32,643 nucleotides of DNA, from positions 1 to 32,643 of the forward strand of contig DLMY01000034.1 of the NCBI GenBank assembly GCA_002478275.1. Direction: 5' to 3'. This stretch comes from Actinobacteria bacterium UBA7524. Lineage in GTDB: Bacteria; Actinomycetota; Coriobacteriia; Anaerosomatales; UBA912. Positions 28,301-32,643 of this stretch are shown here, in pieces. The notes below the pieces were generated by a model. It was not told where the DNA came from. It made no database searches and worked only from the letters and a program-made list of their open reading frames with translations. The position numbers and the translations under genes are program-made. How positions within the stretch are numbered: position 1 is the first letter of the stretch; each line of letters begins with the position of its first letter.

Positions 28301-28435
28301 CGCTCCGGGAGCGGCCTTGCGTGAGCTGGGCGGCTCCGGTTCCGCGCCCGCTTTGGCGCGCTTGCGCGGCCGGGGACGCGGCCGGTCAGCATCGCGACCG
28401 CCTTGTCTGTGTCTGTTGTTGCCGAAGTCGCTCAT
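25355..28435 (-). CDS. Class A penicillin-binding protein with PASTA and PKD domains (interrupted by two assembly gaps)
   Basis: Basic N-tail and TM; EDKRYY, GGSTITQQ; SAFK, SVN, KTG; PASTA; PKD (WEFGDG..HTFTDPGTYEVTL). Frames rejoin when the gaps are collapsed. Start uncertain. Confidence 0.88.
28239..28322 (-). repeat. Four 21-bp coding tandem repeats (RKAAPGA-like)
   Basis: GCCTTGCG recurs at 28251, 28272, 28293 and 28314. Confidence 0.85.
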
Positions 28436-28604
28436 CTGCACCAGGTGTCTCGGGGGCTCGTACTCGTGCCCGAACCCATGTCCGGCCGCATCCGGCGCAT
28501 AGCATACAGGATGCGTTCCTGCGCCGGTCCGCTGGGATTTCTTCGTGCTAGTATGACGTGCAAACCGCACGCCAGGGAAGTGATGGAAGGACCCAGGTCA
28601 CCAG

Positions 28605-29810
28605 ATGCACACCCCCGAAGAGCAACTCCACATCCTCAAGAGCGGCACCGCCGAGATCGTCCCCGAGGACGCCTTCGTCACCAAGCTCCAACAAGGCCGC
28701 CCGCTCGTGGCCAAGCTCGGCGTCGACCCCACCGCGCCCGACCTGCACCTCGGCCACGCCGTGCCCCTGCGCAAGCTGCGCCAGTTCCAGGACCTCGGGC
28801 ACAAGGTCGTTCTGATCATCGGCGATTTCACGGCGCTGATCGGCGACCCCTCCGGCCGCAATTCAACGCGCCCACCGCTTACCGCCGAGGAGGTCGATGC
28901 CAACGCAGAGACCTACGTCGAGCAGGCATTCCGCATCCTCGACCCTGACAAGACCGAGATGCGCCGCAACTCCGAGTGGCTCGCACCACTGGGCTTCGCC
29001 GAGATCCTGAAGCTCACCAGCGCCTTCACCGTGGCTCGCATCCTGGAGCGCGACGACTTCCAGAAGCGCTACCGCGAAGGCGTGGGAATCTCGTTGCACG
29101 AGTTCCTGTACCCGGTCGCCCAAGCGTACGACTCCGTCGCGATCTCGGCCGATGTGGAACTCGGCGGCACCGACCAGCTATTCAACCTGCTCGCGGGCCG
29201 CGAGCTGATGGGCAAGCAGGGCATGGAGCCTCAGGTCTGCCTGACGCTCCCGCTGCTCGAAGGCACCGACGGCGTCCAGAAGATGAGCAAGTCCTACGGC
29301 AACTACGTCGGCCTGACCGATGAGCCCGCGGACATGTTCGGCAAAGTCATGTCGATCCCCGACGAGCTCATGGTCAAGTACTACCGCCTGTGCACCGCAC
29401 TGCCCGTCGACGAGATGGACACGCTCGAGTCCGGGCTCGCCGAAGGCACCCTGCACCCCAACGTCACCAAGCGCCGACTCGCCCGCGAGATAGTCGCGCT
29501 CTACCATTCGATATCTTCTGCCGAGGAGGCCGAGGCCGCTTTCGACCGCGTCTTCAAGGAGCACCAGGCGCCCGAGGACATCCCCGAGATGGCTGTGGAG
29601 CTTGGCGATCCGGTGCACCTGCCAGCGCTCCTGCGCGAGCTCGGGCTGGTCGCGTCGAACGGCGAGGGCCGACGCATGATCGACCAGGGGGGCGTCAAGG
29701 TCGACGGCAAGGTGCTCGAGGCCGGCATCTACGATGTGGCCGCCGATGCGGTCGCCGGGCGCGTGCTGCAGGTCGGCAAGCGGCGCTTCGCGAGGCCTGT
29801 GCGAGGATAG
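28605..29810 (+). CDS. tyrS: Tyrosine--tRNA ligase
   Basis: GVDPTAPDLHLGH, IGDPSGR, QAYDS, GGTDQLFN, KMSKS and a C-terminal S4 domain. Confidence 0.98.
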   Translation: MHTPEEQLHILKSGTAEIVPEDAFVTKLQQGRPLVAKLGVDPTAPDLHLGHAVPLRKLRQFQDLGHKVVLIIGDFTALIGDPSGRNSTRPPLTAEEVDANAETYVEQAFRILDPDKTEMRRNSEWLAPLGFAEILKLTSAFTVARILERDDFQKRYREGVGISLHEFLYPVAQAYDSVAISADVELGGTDQLFNLLAGRELMGKQGMEPQVCLTLPLLEGTDGVQKMSKSYGNYVGLTDEPADMFGKVMSIPDELMVKYYRLCTALPVDEMDTLESGLAEGTLHPNVTKRRLAREIVALYHSISSAEEAEAAFDRVFKEHQAPEDIPEMAVELGDPVHLPALLRELGLVASNGEGRRMIDQGGVKVDGKVLEAGIYDVAADAVAGRVLQVGKRRFARPVRG

Positions 29811-29923
29811 GGGCTGCGGGCGAGGCCGGGTGTGGTGGTAGGCCCGAACGAGGCCTTCTCACTATTTACATTTGTACCCCATTCATGATAACAAGGCGAT
29901 GAGAGACGAAGTCCCGTCATTGG

Positions 29924-31102
29924 ATGGCACAGGTGGACATCGAGAGAATTCGTAAGAGCCCTTCGGGGACGGTCATTCCTGCCGGAGACGGGAAGGGGCG
30001 CTACTCGGCGTTCGTCCCGTCACCGCTTCCGCCGAAGATCTCTCTTGACCTCGAACTCCTGAAGTCCCTGTCAGAAGCGGACTACGCACTGGGCCAGCTT
30101 TCGGGCCTGGGTCACAACATCCCCAATCCGGCGCTGTTGATCCGTCCCTTCATGCGCAAGGAAGCCGTTCTGTCCTCACGTATCGAAGGAACCCAGGCCG
30201 ACCTCAAAGACGTGATGTTCCTGGAAGCTGAACAGCAAAGCCTCCCAGGTTTCGAGCAGAAGCAAACGTCCGATGCGCAAGAGGTGCTGAACTACGCGAG
30301 AGCGCTGGAGTGGTCCCTCGCGCAGCTCGATGAGTTTCCCATGAGCTTGCGCTTGATTCGGGAGGCCCATCGGAGACTGATCGCGGGTGTCAGGGGCGAC
30401 TACGCTGCCCCCGGTGAGTTCAGGTCAACGCAGAACTGGATAGGTCCGCCTGGCTGCACGCTGGAGCAGGCGACCTTCGTGCCTCCGCCACCACATGAGA
30501 TGCAAGACGCGTTGACTGCGTTCGAGAGATACCTCCATCAAGGGAACTCCTATCCCGCGCTCATCAGGCTCGGGTTCATCCACTACCAGTTCGAGGCCAT
30601 ACACCCGTTCATCGATGGGAATGGGCGAGTCGGGCGCCTGCTTCTCACTCTCCTGCTCTGTCAGTGGAACCTGCTTCCGCAACCAATGCTTTACCTCAGT
30701 GCCTACTTCGAGAGGCACCGGGACGAGTACTATGCCCGGTTGCTCGCAGTCAGCGAACTGGGCGCCTGGGAAGCTTGGCTGCGGTTCTTCCTGACAGGCG
30801 TAGCAGAGCAAGCCGTCACAGCGACTAAGACGGCCGCGCAACTCCTGGATCTGAAGAGGGAGTTGAAGGACAGGGTCTCTCAGGCCTCCACATCTGCACA
30901 GGTCTTGCGACTTGTCGATGAGCTGTTCTCCACTCCGATTCTGACGATCAAGCAGGCAACGGAGCTGCTCGAATCGAACTATCAGGCCGCGCGTCGAGCC
31001 ATCTACGTCCTGTTTGAACTGGGCGTCCTGAGCGAAGCGCCGGGGCGAAAGCGCCCCAAGGTCTTCGTCGCCGAGGATATCCTCCGTGTCTTGGAGAGCT
31101 AG
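29924..31102 (+). CDS. Fic family protein (class II, N-terminal inhibitory helix, probable C-terminal wHTH)
   Basis: HPFIDGNGRVGR catalytic motif and SSRIEG inhibitory motif. Codon usage is less GC-biased than its neighbours. Confidence 0.93.
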   Translation: MAQVDIERIRKSPSGTVIPAGDGKGRYSAFVPSPLPPKISLDLELLKSLSEADYALGQLSGLGHNIPNPALLIRPFMRKEAVLSSRIEGTQADLKDVMFLEAEQQSLPGFEQKQTSDAQEVLNYARALEWSLAQLDEFPMSLRLIREAHRRLIAGVRGDYAAPGEFRSTQNWIGPPGCTLEQATFVPPPPHEMQDALTAFERYLHQGNSYPALIRLGFIHYQFEAIHPFIDGNGRVGRLLLTLLLCQWNLLPQPMLYLSAYFERHRDEYYARLLAVSELGAWEAWLRFFLTGVAEQAVTATKTAAQLLDLKRELKDRVSQASTSAQVLRLVDELFSTPILTIKQATELLESNYQAARRAIYVLFELGVLSEAPGRKRPKVFVAEDILRVLES

Positions 31103-31193
31103 TTTTCACCGGGCGAACATAGTGGGGTCGTAGTTTTCACATACCGGGGGTTTGTGTAAACAAGCCTCTCACTGTTATCACCGCGTGTAAACT
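31100..31193. repeat. Imperfect ~93-bp palindrome with four 8-10 bp boxes
   Basis: TAGTTTTCAC at 31100 and 31131; GTGTAAAC at 31154 and 31185. Both pairs are spaced 31 bp. Confidence 0.75.
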
Positions 31194-31546
31194 CTACGAA
31201 GTCTTGCGCGAACATACGAACTTCTTCATGCCCTCGTCGAGGCTGCTCTCCAAGACCCGCGAGGGATCGAAGGTGACCAAGCGCTACGATGAACCGAAGA
31301 CGCCCTATGCGCGTGCCCTGTCATCCCCCGACGTCAGCGATGCTGCCAAGCGGCGCCTGACCACCCACTACGAGACGCTCAACCCCGTGGCGCTCAAGCG
31401 CGAGATCGTACGGCTGCAGAGGCGCCTCTATGAACTCGTCGCACTGAAGGAATCGGTACGTCGAAGGGAGGTGCAGGCAATCGAACTCGACGACATCTAT
31501 GATGAGTCAACGAACACTGTGTTCGACGACATTCTTGCGTGAGGCA
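31190..31546 (+). pseudogene. 3' remnant of an ISNCY-like DDE transposase with element right end
   Basis: LYEVLREHTNFFMPSSRLLSKTREGSKVTKRYDEPKTPYARAL...LNPVALKREI resembles the C-terminus of such transposases. No catalytic core or start. Paired TCGACGACAT...TGAG(T/G)CA end repeats. Confidence 0.75.
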
Positions 31547-31905
31547 TCAGGGATTCGCATGAGCGGTCACCCGCGGGCTCTCGCGGCTGCTTAGGATCTC
31601 CTCGGCGGGGTATATATGTAGGACCACCCGAGCGTTACGCGGGTGCGTATAGTCTTGTGCTCGCGGGCGGATTCAGTGTTGCGCAGGAGGCTTACGGGTG
31701 GTAGGCTTGCCAGGCCGCTTCTAACGGAATCGGGTAGTAGTGACGTTGAAATCACACCTCCAGGGAACTGCCACGGGATGACCGGCCCGCAGATAGGGCG
31801 ACGGTCATCTGTCGCGGGAACGCCTTCTGGAGGGATCCGGAGGGCGTTTTTTGATGAGCCGTGACGGATTCCGAACGGGGCGACAAGGTTTCTGAAAGTT
31901 AGGTG

Positions 31906-31934
31906 TTGACAGTCTCGATGGCGATGCGTAAAGT
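31906..31934 (+). promoter_or_regulatory. rRNA operon promoter
   Basis: TTGACA-N17-TAAAGT. Confidence 0.85.
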
Positions 31935-32014
31935 ACTCCTTCGCCGCCGAGAACCGTTTGGCGGTCGACGGTGGGCAAAACCGCAGCAAGACAGGGTAGT
32001 TGCCCGCCGAGCCT

Positions 32015-32028
32015 GAACCTTGAAAACC
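32015..32028 (+). promoter_or_regulatory. boxA-like antitermination element in the rrn leader
   Basis: GAACCTTGAAAACC resembles the Gram-positive rrn boxA. Confidence 0.55.
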
Positions 32029-32220
32029 GGATACTGTGACAAGCCAGAAGGTTCGCGAAAGCGAATCACATGAACCCGTCAAATCGAGAGGGTCCGTCAA
32101 AAGGCCAAACCGATATGACACTTAGGTCCAAACCGCTCGGCTTCGCGCCGGCGCAGGTGGACCGATCCGGATAGAACCGGATCTACCTTCGTGGAACACA
32201 GACTTCGGTCTGTGACACAT

Positions 32221-32643
<423 letters not shown>

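Noticed and set aside
28436..28604. T-box upstream of tyrS
   Set aside because: Short divergent intergenic region with no T-box motif or terminator.
31100..31193. attC, parS, dif or CRISPR interpretation of the palindrome
   Set aside because: It lacks attC core ends, a contiguous 16-bp parS and Xer arms. The boxes are too short and inverted for CRISPR, and there are no cas or integrase genes.

Overview
GC-rich bacterial window. The partial 16S rRNA and the gene content point to Actinomycetota class Coriobacteriia (inference). It is a scaffold with three N gaps. Most of it is housekeeping: a membrane double-zinc-ribbon gene, thrS, a coiled-coil lipoprotein, a 67-aa conserved small protein, infC (ATC start)-rpmI-rplT, T-box-regulated pheST, argCJBDFRGH, mpg, a NIF3-like gene, two class A PBPs flanking a U32/RlhA-like gene, tyrS, and the start of an rRNA operon. 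Two accessory inserts stand out. (1) A minimal two-gene TasA/camelysin-like + SipW-type signal peptidase cassette sits between rplT and pheS. It has a candidate SigB/SigF-type promoter, and the sipW ORF runs through the pheS promoter and all of T-box stem I. (2) A class II Fic gene is followed by a ~93-bp four-box symmetric palindrome, whose outer edge coincides with the truncation point of a transposase remnant. Other points: a large infC leader with two alternative GGAGGTG pairing partners, a probable internal promoter in argD, a PBP-PASTA-PKD fusion with a basic 7-aa-repeat tail, and signs of allele-chimeric assembly inside that PBP gene.
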